Shown piece after piece: positions 1 through 10,054 of a stretch of 64,000 nt of DNA. The DNA lies in the NCBI RefSeq assembly GCF_039545135.1, contig NZ_BAABRU010000004.1:194427-258426 (forward strand), given 5' to 3'. Numbering within the stretch: position 1 is the first letter of the stretch; every line of letters starts with the position of its first letter. A model generated the notes under the pieces. It was not told where the DNA came from, ran no database searches, and saw nothing but the letters and a program-made list of their open reading frames with translations. The DNA is from Herpetosiphon gulosus. GTDB taxonomy: Bacteria > Chloroflexota > Chloroflexia > Chloroflexales > Herpetosiphonaceae. The position numbers and the translations under genes are program-made.

Positions 1-843
1 TAGTGGTTCGGGCTTGCGCACCTTGACGCAGCCAAGCCAACTCACGGCGCACCTCGTTGCGATGGTCAAGTTCAGCCTTGGCGCGTTGGCGTTCGCGCTC
101 AATTCGCTCGACCACAAAACGCTCGTAATTACCAGGGTAGGAAAAGAGTTGATGATCTTCAAGCTCAACAATCGCCGTCACCACCCGATCCAAGAAATAG
201 CGATCGTGGGTGATCAGCAGCAACGCGCCTTGCAAATTGGCTAAATAACCTTCCAGCCAAGCCACAGTGGTTGGGTCGATATGGTTGGTTGGCTCATCGA
301 GAATTAGCAAATCGGGCTTTTCGATCAGCACTCGTGCCATTGCCACGCGCTTGCGTTGGCCGCCAGAGAGCGTGCCAAGTGGGGCATCAAGCGTGGTAAT
401 ACCGAGCCGCGAAAGCACCGTGCGAGCACTCAACTCGGTATCCCAAGCATCAAGCGTGGTCAAACGTTCGCTCAACTCGGCCACAGCCGCCAGCGCTTTA
501 GCATCGTTGGGGTCTTGCTCAAGCTGCACGCTGGCGAGGGTATATTGGCTGAGCAAATTTGCGCCTTCGCCCGCCGCCGCATAAACATAGTCCAACACCG
601 TTTGGTTGGCATCCATCGGCGGATCTTGAGCCAAATAGCCGATTCGGCAATCTTTGCGCAAGGTTACGCGGCCAGTATCTGGTTGTTCTAAACCAGCAGC
701 AATTTTTAATAAGGTCGATTTACCACTGCCATTGACCCCGATTAAGCCAATTCGATCGCCGCTTGCTAAGCCCAAGGAAATATTTTCAAACAACACTTTA
801 GGGCCATAGGCTTTGGAAATAGTTTCTAAATTGATAATGTTCA
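1..843 (-). CDS. ABC-F family ATPase (EttA-like), N-terminal part; the gene runs off the window start
   Basis: Reverse-strand translation from ATG at 843 gives MNIINLETISKAYGPKVLFENISLGLASGDRIGLIGVNGSGKSTLLK...LSGGQRKRVAMARVL...LILDEPTNHID. This has Walker A, the ABC signature LSGGQ and Walker B, followed by a coiled linker, which is typical of ABC-F. The plus-strand ORFs in the track are antisense artefacts. Confidence 0.8.
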
Positions 844-864
844 TGCATTCCTAACACATCTAGC

Positions 865-3444
865 TTATGGTGCAACAGCCTGTGCACACCGAAAACCAAC
901 ATTGATATTGGCAAGGTCGGGACGGAACGAATTGCGGCCTGTGGTATGCGCCGACATCAGATCATCGAACCACGAACCACCGCGCAACACCCGCGAACCT
1001 GCGCCAGTCGGCAACTCGCGCCCATCATTGGGATGATAGGGATAGGGAATATACAGCGATTGCGTCCATTCCCACACGTTGCCTGCAAGATCTAGTGTGC
1101 CATAGGGGCCAGCGTTTGGCAATGTGCCAACAGGCATGGTTCGGCCTGGCCCAAAATCCTTGTTGTTGAGCAAACTCGCGTCAGCTTGATCGCCCCATGG
1201 GAAAATCGTGCGTTGATCGCCACGCGCTGCTCGTTCCCATTCGGCTTCGGTCGGCAAGCGCTTGCCACGCCATTCGCAATAGCTGCGGGCATCATCCCAA
1301 GTTACATTAACAACTGGATGTTGGCTCAGCGAGATTGGCACTGTGCGATCTGGCAGCCACAACGAAAGCCCAACCGGATCAAATGAATTGGTCGGGACAG
1401 CACGATCGGTTGCATTAATAAATTCAGCATAGGCTTGGTTGGTCACTTCAGTACGATCAAGATAAAAGGCCGTGGTCGAAATTGGGGTTGCTGGTTCTTC
1501 GTTTTGTAAGCCTTGCCAGCTATAGACTTCTTTGTAATGCGCCAAATCTTCGGCGGTCGCGCCCATCGTCCAGCGCCCACCTGCAATAAAATCCATGCCT
1601 TCGGGCACATAAAAATCATTGGTGACGCAGCGAAAGCCAATAATATTCAAGGGCAATTCAGGGTCACGCCGTTCGCGCACCGCCGCCCGAGCATTCTCAG
1701 GATTCGTGCCACTAAAACTACCGCGCACAATTCGCGAGCCAGGCTGGGTTGGCACTTCGCGACCATCAGCAGCATTGTAGGGGTAGGGCAAATCAAGACT
1801 GCTCGTCCATTCCCAAACATTGCCTGCTAAATCTAAAACGCCTTCAGGCGTAGCACCATTGGGATAACTGCCAACCGCTTGGGTATCGCCAGCAACCCCA
1901 GCGCCCCAAGCATTCAGCAAACTGGCATCCCACTGGTTGCCCCATGGATAGATACGACCGTCAGTGCCCCGCGCCGCCCGCTCCCACTCGGCCTCGCTGG
2001 GCAAGCGTTTATTTTGGGCTTGGCAGTAGGTCAAGGCTTGTTGCCACGAAACATTAATCATCGGGTATTCAGCATATTGAGCGTTATCATAATAATCAGT
2101 AACCGTCAGCGAACTACGATCAACTGGCTCGCTACAGCGTTGTTGCTCGACACAGGCACGATAGGCCGCTACCGTCACTTCAGTGCGATCAATATAAAAA
2201 GTTGGCAGATAGCCACGGCCAACTGGCTGCTCGTTGGGCGAGCCAGCATCGCTGCCAATCACAAATGTGCCACCTGGAATCGCCAGCATCCCCGGCGGAG
2301 CTGGCCCAATCACGATTGGCACGACTGTCGCCTCGATCGGAGTTGGCTCAGCGAGGCTGGGGGTAATTTGGGCCACGCTGGTTGGCTGAACATCGGGTTC
2401 AAACACGCCAAACGTGCGGGCCAGCAAGAAGCCAATCAAACCAATGCCAATCAAGGCCATTGCTAGCCACCACCAATTTGAGGGTTTGGGTTTGGCAAGC
2501 GTCGCTTGATGCAGCACCGTGGCTTCGGGCAAGGCGGCAACCTGATTTAATGAATGATCGACTGCCATCTGAAAATCACGCATCGATTGATAACGCTCAT
2601 CAGGCTCAGGGTGCATGGCGCGATGTAGCACCTCGCTCAAAGCAGCTGGCACGGCGCTACGCAAATTATGCGCCAACGGCGGGCGAGTACTCTCACGTTT
2701 GGCTGGCTCAAAACGGGTCAACAATTCGTGAATCACCATCGCCAAACTATAAATATCCGAGCGATGGTCGGTTTGGCCGAAGCCATATTGCTCAGGCGGC
2801 GCATAACCAGGCGTGCCATAAATCACCGTATCGCCTTCTTGACCATGTTTGAACAAGCGAGCGATGCCAAAATCGATCAGGGCAATCCGGCCATCAGGGC
2901 GCAGCATAATATTTGGTGGTTTGAGATCACGATAAATAATCGGTGGATTTTGATTATGTAAATATTGCAGCACGGTAGTTAATTGGCGCATCCAATCGAT
3001 CACCGTTTCCAAGGCCAATGGCTCAGTGCGGCCTTCCATTTCGGCGCGGAGCGTTTGGCCCTCGACGTATTCCATCACCAAAAATTCATTTTCGTCATGG
3101 CGAAATTGGTCGATCACGCGTGGCAAATTGGGGTGGCTTAGCCGCGCCAAGAGCGAAGCCTCACGCCGAAACTCGCCAACTGCGCGTTCCCAAGCATCGG
3201 TATCGCCTGGTTGATGCAAACCTGTCATCTCTTTGAGTGCAACCGGAGCATCACCAAGCCGCCGATCGGTTGCCAAATAAACCGCACCCATGCCACCACG
3301 GGCCAACGGGCGCACCACCACATAGCGATCAATCAATACATCGCCATTGGCAAGGCGGCCAGTCCAACGGGGCAGACCAGCACCACACTTGGGGCAAAAG
3401 CGTGCCCCAGTTTTCAATTCGGTTGAACAGCGTGGACAAACCAT
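865..3444 (-). CDS. Ser/Thr protein kinase with a single TM segment and two C-terminal FGE-sulfatase (SUMF1/formylglycine-generating enzyme-like) domains
   Basis: N-terminal CPRC...CPKC zinc ribbon, Hanks kinase motifs (GGMGAVYLA, YRDLKPPNIML, DFG, APE) and a hydrophobic TM (WWWLAMALIGIGLIGFLLA). Then two repeats each carrying RGGSW/RGSF and GNVWEWT motifs that are characteristic of FGE-sulfatase domains. Confidence 0.85.
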   Translation of the reverse strand: MVCPRCSTELKTGARFCPKCGAGLPRWTGRLANGDVLIDRYVVVRPLARGGMGAVYLATDRRLGDAPVALKEMTGLHQPGDTDAWERAVGEFRREASLLARLSHPNLPRVIDQFRHDENEFLVMEYVEGQTLRAEMEGRTEPLALETVIDWMRQLTTVLQYLHNQNPPIIYRDLKPPNIMLRPDGRIALIDFGIARLFKHGQEGDTVIYGTPGYAPPEQYGFGQTDHRSDIYSLAMVIHELLTRFEPAKRESTRPPLAHNLRSAVPAALSEVLHRAMHPEPDERYQSMRDFQMAVDHSLNQVAALPEATVLHQATLAKPKPSNWWWLAMALIGIGLIGFLLARTFGVFEPDVQPTSVAQITPSLAEPTPIEATVVPIVIGPAPPGMLAIPGGTFVIGSDAGSPNEQPVGRGYLPTFYIDRTEVTVAAYRACVEQQRCSEPVDRSSLTVTDYYDNAQYAEYPMINVSWQQALTYCQAQNKRLPSEAEWERAARGTDGRIYPWGNQWDASLLNAWGAGVAGDTQAVGSYPNGATPEGVLDLAGNVWEWTSSLDLPYPYNAADGREVPTQPGSRIVRGSFSGTNPENARAAVRERRDPELPLNIIGFRCVTNDFYVPEGMDFIAGGRWTMGATAEDLAHYKEVYSWQGLQNEEPATPISTTAFYLDRTEVTNQAYAEFINATDRAVPTNSFDPVGLSLWLPDRTVPISLSQHPVVNVTWDDARSYCEWRGKRLPTEAEWERAARGDQRTIFPWGDQADASLLNNKDFGPGRTMPVGTLPNAGPYGTLDLAGNVWEWTQSLYIPYPYHPNDGRELPTGAGSRVLRGGSWFDDLMSAHTTGRNSFRPDLANINVGFRCAQAVAP

Positions 3445-3778
3445 GAATTCAGCCTCTTGTGCAGCAGCATTGTCATCCTATTGTAGCACCCCGATCAAGC
3501 CATCTCAATCGTTAGAATGGGCTATTTAGCACTGATAGTCAGCTGAAAACCCTTGACACTCAACCCCTAGAGGGGATTCGCATTGGATCGCCCAAGCAAA
3601 CAGGCAAGTTGGCCCTTGTTGATAGCTGCTCGAAAGCGTTTGATGTTAAAACTACCGCGCCTCAATTCTTAGCACAATCAAATGAGCACGATCTGCGTTA
3701 GTGCTTCCAGTTATGATCATTGACTTATCATTCCAACATGTGCTATACTCGATTTTAAAGAGGAGTATAAGACGACTT

Positions 3779-4360
3779 ATGGCAGGAAAGAAAGCATTTG
3801 AGCCTCAACGGGTTCTCGAAAAAGCCATGAACGCCTTTTGGGAACGTGGTTACGAAGGGCTATCAATTGAAGATCTCGTCCACGTTACGGGAATCGGGCG
3901 CGGTAGTCTCTATGGAACGTTTGGCGATAAACATGCACTGTACCTAGCGGCTCTTAACCAGTATACTGCCGCTATTAAAGCCCAGACTACGGCTATTTTG
4001 GAGCAAACTGGCTCACTCCAAGTTGTATTAGGCCAGCTTTTCCAAGCCCAAGTTGATGCTTTGCTGCACGACCCAGCGCGGCGTGGATGTTTTTTGGTTA
4101 ATGCATCCTTAGAAATTGCTCCGCATGATCATGCCGTTAACGAGATTATCCAGTCAGCATTGAATGAGTTCGAAGAAGCACTCTATCGGCTGCTGATCAA
4201 AGCGCAGGTTGCGGGTGAACTCTCGTGGCAACACGATCCCCATCAATTAGCGCATTTCTTGGTAGCAACCTTTGTCAGCCTGCGCGTGCTGGCGCGGAGC
4301 CAGCAACAGCGGGGAATGTTCGACGATATCGTAAAAACAGCGTTATCGATTTTAAACTAA
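3779..4360 (+). CDS. TetR/AcrR family transcriptional regulator
   Basis: N-terminal HTH LSIEDLVHVTGIGRGSLYGTFGDKHALY. RBS AAGAGGAG sits upstream of the ATG at 3779. The track ORF starts earlier at 3701 but has no RBS. Confidence 0.85.
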   Translation: MAGKKAFEPQRVLEKAMNAFWERGYEGLSIEDLVHVTGIGRGSLYGTFGDKHALYLAALNQYTAAIKAQTTAILEQTGSLQVVLGQLFQAQVDALLHDPARRGCFLVNASLEIAPHDHAVNEIIQSALNEFEEALYRLLIKAQVAGELSWQHDPHQLAHFLVATFVSLRVLARSQQQRGMFDDIVKTALSILN

Positions 4361-4422
4361 ATTTTTTTGATTTCATGTTTGAATAATCATTCAAACATTA
4401 CCATTCATAAAGGAACAAATTA

Positions 4423-5232
4423 ATGACATCGCAGCAAAAGGTTGTGCTCATCACGGGCGCATCATCAGGGATTGGGCAAGCAACAGCAGAATTACTAGCC
4501 GCCAATGGATTTCGGGTCTTCGGCACGAGCCGCAACCCGATTTCGCACAAGCACTCATTTACTTGGCTACCGCTGGATGTCCGATCGGACGATTCGGTAT
4601 ATGCAGCGGTTCAATCGCTGCTCGGCCAGACCGGACGGCTTGACATCCTTATCAATAATGCAGGCTATATGCAGGTTGGGGCGGTTGAGGAAAGTAGTAT
4701 TGCCGATGTGCAGGCTCAGTTCGATACTAATCTGTTCGGTATTATCCGCATGATCAAGGCGGTAATGCCGATTATGCGCCAGCAAGGCAGCGGACACATT
4801 ATCAATGTTAGCTCGATTGTCGGACATATTGCGCCTCCATATGGTGGCCTGTATAGTGCAAGCAAATTTGCCTTGGAAGGCCTGAGTGAATCCCTTAGTG
4901 CCGAGGTTCGGCAATTCGGCGTGAGCGTCTCGTTGGTCGAGCCAAGCTATGTGAATACGCCGTTCGTCGCGCAGCCGCCGACTACCCTGATTGGCGACTA
5001 TTCCCCAGGTCGCCAACGTGCCCAACAAAGCTTCGCCACGAATACCAAGAAAGGTCTGGAGCCTGGCGCAGTGGCTCGCGCGATCCTGCAAGCAGCCACG
5101 AGCCAGCCCCGGCTACGCTACCCCGTTGGACGGGATGGAAAAATAGTCCTGATGCTGCAACGAGTGCTTCCAGAGGCAGCATTTGAGGCGCTCAAACGCC
5201 GCTTGTTCAGCAGTGAAAAGACCGCTGCCTAG
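4423..5232 (+). CDS. Short-chain dehydrogenase/reductase (SDR)
   Basis: VVLITGASSGIGQATA Rossmann motif, NNAG, and the Y-x3-K catalytic dyad (YSASK). Confidence 0.85.
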   Translation: MTSQQKVVLITGASSGIGQATAELLAANGFRVFGTSRNPISHKHSFTWLPLDVRSDDSVYAAVQSLLGQTGRLDILINNAGYMQVGAVEESSIADVQAQFDTNLFGIIRMIKAVMPIMRQQGSGHIINVSSIVGHIAPPYGGLYSASKFALEGLSESLSAEVRQFGVSVSLVEPSYVNTPFVAQPPTTLIGDYSPGRQRAQQSFATNTKKGLEPGAVARAILQAATSQPRLRYPVGRDGKIVLMLQRVLPEAAFEALKRRLFSSEKTAA

Positions 5233-5317
5233 TCTCATACACTGCGAACGGCAGCACGCTGATGGGAAAAGAAATTCCCATCAGCAGCGCCACATCCAAC
5301 GATAGGAGCAAAACCGT

Positions 5318-6322
5318 ATGATGAAAGCCTTCTTCATTGAGCGCTATGGCAACAAGGATCGGGTGCGGACTGGCGATCTGCCAATTCCAGAACTGCGGGA
5401 TACTGATCTATTGATTCAGATCCACGCTGCTGGAGTTAACCCGTTGGATACCAAAATCAGGGACGGCGCGTTCAAAGCCATCTTGCCATATCGCTTCCCG
5501 CTCATTTTGGGCAATGATGTCGCTGGGGTTGTGGTTAAGGTTGGAGCAAAGGTGCAGCGATTCAAGCTGGGCGATGCGGTTTATGCTCGGCCAGCTGCCG
5601 ACCGCATTGGGACTTTTGCCGAATTTATTGCAATCAACGAAGCAGATGTCGCGATCAAACCAAAAGAACTGAGCATGGCCGAAGCGGCTTCCTTTCCGCT
5701 GGTTGGCCTGACTGCTTGGCAAGCCTTGATTGAACAAGCACAGCTCAAAAAAGGGCAAAAAGTTTTCATTCAGGCAGGTTCCGGTGGGGTTGGGACAATT
5801 GCAATTCAGCTGGCCAAACATGTGGGTGCGATTGTCGCGACAACCACGAGCAAGGCAAATTTTGATTTTGTGAAGCGCCTCGGGGCCGATATTGTGATTG
5901 ATTACAAGACCGAGGATTTCGAAACAATCCTGAAGGACTATGATGTGGTCCTGAATAGTCAAGAGGGAACAATCATCGAAAAATCGCTTCGCGTGTTAAA
6001 ACCTGGCGGAACGTTGATCTCGATTTCGGGACCACCTGATCCCGCGTTTGCCCAAGAAATTGGCGCGAAGTGGCCCGTTCGCATGCTTTTGGGCGTTTTG
6101 AGCTATCGCATTCGCAAAAAAGCTCAACAACAGCAGGTACGCTATTCATTTCTGTTTATGCGGGCGAGCGGTGAGCAGCTCGGCGAGCTTAGTTCGTTGA
6201 TCGACGCTGAAATTATCCAGCCGGTTGTGGATCGGAGCTTTGCCTTCGAAGCAACCAAAGAGGCCTTGGATTACGTTGAAACAGGCCGAGCCAAAGGCAA
6301 GGTCGTCGTCACGATGCGCTAA
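5318..6322 (+). CDS. Medium-chain dehydrogenase/reductase (quinone oxidoreductase / zinc-type ADH family)
   Basis: GroES-like N-terminal domain, GAGGVG-like nucleotide-binding motif (QAGSGGVGTIAIQLAK), and a KGKVVV C-terminus typical of the MDR family. Confidence 0.8.
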   Translation: MMKAFFIERYGNKDRVRTGDLPIPELRDTDLLIQIHAAGVNPLDTKIRDGAFKAILPYRFPLILGNDVAGVVVKVGAKVQRFKLGDAVYARPAADRIGTFAEFIAINEADVAIKPKELSMAEAASFPLVGLTAWQALIEQAQLKKGQKVFIQAGSGGVGTIAIQLAKHVGAIVATTTSKANFDFVKRLGADIVIDYKTEDFETILKDYDVVLNSQEGTIIEKSLRVLKPGGTLISISGPPDPAFAQEIGAKWPVRMLLGVLSYRIRKKAQQQQVRYSFLFMRASGEQLGELSSLIDAEIIQPVVDRSFAFEATKEALDYVETGRAKGKVVVTMR

Positions 6323-6393
6323 GCCGTGCTTCGTTGCAATTGAGTAGATGGAATATCCATTTAAATAAACAAATGTGCCCATCTACCAAAGCA

Positions 6394-7386
6394 TCAGAGT
6401 GTCATGCGGAGCGCCTTCGCTGCAAACTCATGCATAAGCGCCTTCAATTCAGCTGGTTGCCGAATCGTAGCTGACAGATCGATCTGTAACAAGCGGTGGG
6501 CAATCGAGGTTAATTCGTAGGTTTCCCGCCGCCAAATAATCCCAACGTCGCTTTCCTCAAAGGTTCCAGCCGCTGGTGGCAGCACATGGCGCACCTGTTC
6601 GATAGTTGCTGCAAAAATAACCTCAACCGCATATGGCCCTGCCATGGTGGCCAACGTAGTGTGCATGTGTTGTAACGCATCGAAGTCTTGGGGATGCTCA
6701 AATGGCTGATTGAGCAACTTCAAGGCTTGAATGCGATCAATGCGAAATGTGCGCAGATCATTGCGTTGGTGACAATAGCCAACGCAGTACCAGTACCCCT
6801 GATAATAGACTATTCCATAGGGATCAAACACCCGTGCCGATTCCTCGCCATTGTATGTTTGATAGCTCAGCCATACCTGCTGTCGCGTATGCACCGCCAC
6901 ACTTAAGCTGGCGACGATGCTTGGCTGCAAAAAGGCAGGCGGTGGAGCAACATGAAACGTAATCGCCTCTTGGAAAGCCCTTACCTGATCAAGCAGAATT
7001 GTTGGCATAACCCGTTCAAGTTTGGCGATTGCACCCTCGATTGCGGTCGCATCAGCTGGAAATTGCAAAGCCTGAATCATGCGTAATCCCAATACCAGTG
7101 CCATGGCCTCAGCCGGATTAATCATCAGGGGCGGGATGGTATAGCCGCGCCCAAGATAGTAAGCACCATCAGGGCCGCGCTCAGCCTCAATCGGAATGCC
7201 CATATCTTGCAACATCACCACATAGCGGCGCACTGTTCGTTGGCTAATTTCGAGGCGGCTGGCAAGTTGAGCACCGCGCATCCGCTGGTGCGATTGTAAG
7301 AGTTCAAGGATGGTTAGCAAGCGGGTTGTTGGGCTATACATCGATTTATAGCTCCTTGGATTAATTAGGTCTGATTCTGACCGCAT
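6394..7386 (-). CDS. HTH + WYL domain transcriptional regulator (YafY/PafBC-like)
   Basis: N-terminal HTH (TRLLTILELLQSHQRMRGAQLASRLEISQRTVRRYVVMLQDMGIPIE) and a central WYL-type segment (YYQGYWYCVGYCHQRNDLRTFRIDRI). The true start may be the internal M at about 7341. Confidence 0.75.
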   Translation of the reverse strand: MRSESDLINPRSYKSMYSPTTRLLTILELLQSHQRMRGAQLASRLEISQRTVRRYVVMLQDMGIPIEAERGPDGAYYLGRGYTIPPLMINPAEAMALVLGLRMIQALQFPADATAIEGAIAKLERVMPTILLDQVRAFQEAITFHVAPPPAFLQPSIVASLSVAVHTRQQVWLSYQTYNGEESARVFDPYGIVYYQGYWYCVGYCHQRNDLRTFRIDRIQALKLLNQPFEHPQDFDALQHMHTTLATMAGPYAVEVIFAATIEQVRHVLPPAAGTFEESDVGIIWRRETYELTSIAHRLLQIDLSATIRQPAELKALMHEFAAKALRMTL

Positions 7387-7471
7387 TATACTCTATACTC
7401 ACAGAGTAAAACCGATTTATCAACGACTGGCATAGCAAATAGTGCCAGCCGTGAATGACCAAGGAGCAATT

Positions 7472-7918
7472 ATGACAATCGCAGTAACCCCCCATCTCAA
7501 CTTTCATGGCAATGCCCGTCAAGCGCTTGAGTTTTATCAAACTGTGTTTGGAGGAGAGTTGGTGCTTACGACCTACGCTGATGTTGGTGCACCAAAAGAC
7601 ACGCCGATCGCTGATACGATCATGTGGGGACAAGTAACGACGACCAGCGGTTTCGGCTTGATGGCCTACGATATTCCAACCACAGAGCAGCCAGCAGCGC
7701 TACAGACCGTGACATCTCGCGCCAATGGCCTAACCCTGACCCAAGCATCATTCTTTATCTCGCTCCGTGGGCAACAGGTTAACGAGGTTATGGAGCTGTG
7801 GGCAAAACTGGTTGAGCAGGCAACAATCATCGAGCCGCTTGCCCAAACACCTTGGGCGCAGCTATTTGGCATGCTTACCGATCGTTTTGGGATTACCTGG
7901 GTTGTCGATGTGGTATAG
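7472..7918 (+). CDS. VOC/glyoxalase-fold protein (PhnB-like)
   Basis: MTIAVTPHLNFHGNARQALEFYQTVFGGEL is typical of PhnB/VOC family proteins. RBS AAGGAG at 7461-7466 precedes the ATG at 7472. Confidence 0.7.
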   Translation: MTIAVTPHLNFHGNARQALEFYQTVFGGELVLTTYADVGAPKDTPIADTIMWGQVTTTSGFGLMAYDIPTTEQPAALQTVTSRANGLTLTQASFFISLRGQQVNEVMELWAKLVEQATIIEPLAQTPWAQLFGMLTDRFGITWVVDVV

Positions 7919-7973
7919 GGTTTAAACCAACAATTAGTATATCCAGACACATTAATCAGCAGCTCTAATATAC

Positions 7974-8015
7974 GACGGAATAGGTTCTTGACAAGAAAAA
8001 GAATGCTATTCCGTC
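7974..8015 (+). promoter_or_regulatory. 10-bp inverted repeat (GACGGAATAG / CTATTCCGTC) bracketing a TTGACA hexamer; candidate operator/promoter upstream of the two-component operon
   Basis: The arms and the -35-like hexamer were read directly from the sequence, about 190 nt upstream of the histidine kinase start. Confidence 0.3.
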
Positions 8016-8207
8016 ATATTGCAACCCCAATCATGACCGATACAGTGTGGTCACACTAAAAATCGATTGATCAATTAGCGCTAAATTGCAATCACATACA
8101 ACTAGTAAAATCACCCCTATTCCTATAGCCAATCGGCTGTTGCATCACCCGTACAGCGTGCTATACTTCAGATCTCAGAACTAGCACCATGTAGGAAGGA
8201 AGTCCTT

Positions 8208-9221
8208 GTGGCCGATGCAGCAGCGTTACTTGCACAAGCACAGACCCAATTGGCAAATGCCTTGCAGGCCTTGCGAGGTGAGGCCGCCCAACTGCGTGAG
8301 CGCCATACGGCGATTGCCCAGCAAGGTCGCCAGATGTATCGAACTGCCGATGAGCTAGCGGTTCAGCGCACCTTCGCTGAGCAACTTGGCACACCAGCGG
8401 TCGGGCGTTTGCGCCAACAAGAGGCCGAACTGCGCAGCAAAATGGCCAACCTCGATGCTGAAACCAGTGCCACCGCCGAAGCCCTCAAGCGGCTCGAACA
8501 ATTGATTCGCCAGATCGAAATGAGCAGCACCAGCCTCAGTGGCACAACCACAATTGGCCAACAAAATGACCCGTGGGCTTTGGCCTTACGTGGTCAAATT
8601 ATCCAAGGCCGCGAAGACGAACGCTTACGCCTGGCCCGTGAAGTCCACGATGGGCCAGCCCAAGTTTTAGCGAACGTGCTGATGGGCTTGGAACATGCCA
8701 TGAATCTGCATCAAAGTAATTCGCCGCAGATGGAGCCATTTTTGCACGAATTGCGTAGCGCCGCTCGCCAAGGCTTGCATGAAGTTCGCGGCTTTATCGC
8801 CGATTTACGGCCAGGTGCGCTCGACCAAGGCTTCCCAACTGCCCTCGCTGATTATGTTCAAAAATACCAACAAACGACCAAGGTCAAAGTTACGATTGAC
8901 CTGCTCCACTGGCCAAACCGCCTTCCGGCTGAAGCTGAGATTGTGCTCTATCGGGTAACACAAGAAGCATTGCAAAATATTCATAAACATGCTCGCAATG
9001 CCAATGTTTTGATCCGCAGTATGTTGCAAGGCAACCTGCTGATCGTCACCATCCGCGACGATGGCCCGGGCTTTGATCCACGAGAAGTTGTGCGGCGCTC
9101 TGGCAAAGAGAGTTGGGGATTGACCAGTATGCGCGAACGAGTCGCCTTACTTGGCGGAGATTTTGCAATTGCTTCACGCCCCGGGGCTGGCACTGAAGTT
9201 ACCATCCGGATTACCATCTAA
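8208..9221 (+). CDS. Cytoplasmic sensor histidine kinase, HisKA_3/NarL-DegS type
   Basis: Coiled-coil N-terminus, H-box EDERLRLAREVHDGPAQ, and HATPase_c motifs (GPGFD, GGDFAIASRPGAGTEV). Confidence 0.85.
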   Translation: MADAAALLAQAQTQLANALQALRGEAAQLRERHTAIAQQGRQMYRTADELAVQRTFAEQLGTPAVGRLRQQEAELRSKMANLDAETSATAEALKRLEQLIRQIEMSSTSLSGTTTIGQQNDPWALALRGQIIQGREDERLRLAREVHDGPAQVLANVLMGLEHAMNLHQSNSPQMEPFLHELRSAARQGLHEVRGFIADLRPGALDQGFPTALADYVQKYQQTTKVKVTIDLLHWPNRLPAEAEIVLYRVTQEALQNIHKHARNANVLIRSMLQGNLLIVTIRDDGPGFDPREVVRRSGKESWGLTSMRERVALLGGDFAIASRPGAGTEVTIRITI

Positions 9222-9243
9222 GCTCATCCAGAAGGAGATACCC

Positions 9244-9966
9244 ATGGAGCTAATTCGTGTTCTTATCATCGATGATCACCCACTTTTTCGCCAAGGCATC
9301 TGCTGGAGCCTCGGCCAAGAAAAAGATATTGAGGTGATTGGTCAAGCAGAAAATGGCGCTGAGGCTATCAAGCTTACCGAAACCCTCAGTCCCAATGTTG
9401 TGTTGCTGGATATTAATTTGCCTGGCTTGAATGGTTTGGAAGTTGCTCGCGTGCTCAAACGCCGCGCTCCACGCATGGGCATTATCGTACTTAGCATTCA
9501 CGACGATGATGAACAATTGTTCAACGCAATCAAGGCTGGCGCTGCCGCTTACGCTTCCAAGGAAATCGATCCCACCCAGCTCGTCGGCATGATTCGCGAT
9601 GTGGCTCATGGCCGTTATGTGATCAACGAAAGCGTTATGTCCAAGCCGCATGTGGCCACCCGCGTGCTCAACCAATTCCGTGAGCTTTCGAATGTTGCCA
9701 ACAACAGCGAAGATACCTCGTCGATGTTTGCCCCATTGACCAGCCGCGAAATTGAAATTCTCGATTGTATCGCGCGTGGTCTTTCCAACAAAGAAATTGC
9801 CAACCAGCTGTCGATCAGTGGCCAAACCGTCAAAAACCATATCACCTCAATTCTCAGCAAGCTCCAAGTCAACGACCGCACGATGGCCGTTATTCACGCT
9901 ATTCAACAAGGCTGGATCAAACTAGGCTATGATGAAAGTCGCGAAAGCCGCAGCCGCACCGCTTGA
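9244..9966 (+). CDS. Response regulator, NarL/FixJ (LuxR-type HTH) family
   Basis: Receiver domain (MELIRVLIIDDHPLFRQGI...VVLLDINLPGLNG) and a C-terminal LuxR HTH (LTSREIEILDCIARGLSNKEIANQLSISGQTVKNH). RBS AGAAGGAGA precedes the ATG at 9244. The longer track ORF from 9151 overlaps the kinase and is rejected. Confidence 0.85.
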   Translation: MELIRVLIIDDHPLFRQGICWSLGQEKDIEVIGQAENGAEAIKLTETLSPNVVLLDINLPGLNGLEVARVLKRRAPRMGIIVLSIHDDDEQLFNAIKAGAAAYASKEIDPTQLVGMIRDVAHGRYVINESVMSKPHVATRVLNQFRELSNVANNSEDTSSMFAPLTSREIEILDCIARGLSNKEIANQLSISGQTVKNHITSILSKLQVNDRTMAVIHAIQQGWIKLGYDESRESRSRTA

Positions 9967-10054
9967 CGAACCAGCCTGCTCTCGGTTAAAGTTGGCCCAT
10001 CGCTGTTAATTCGCAGCCTCGCAGTAGCGAGGCTGTTCTTTTTGGAGCAGAGTA

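Noticed and set aside
14-691. Three plus-strand ORFs (76-111 aa) at the window start
   Set aside because: They lie antisense to a clearly conserved ABC-F ATPase gene on the minus strand (Walker A/signature/Walker B in order). They have no RBS or motif support.
1879-2852. Plus-strand ORFs of 156-195 aa inside the kinase/FGE gene, and similar antisense ORFs inside lon (13529-14347) and the U32 peptidase (40317-40712)
   Set aside because: They are fully embedded antisense to long, motif-rich genes. High GC produces long spurious ORFs. No RBS or domain support.
9151-9243. Longer N-terminal extension of the response regulator ORF
   Set aside because: It overlaps the 3' end of the histidine kinase. 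The internal ATG at 9244 has a strong RBS and yields the canonical MELIRVLIIDD receiver start.
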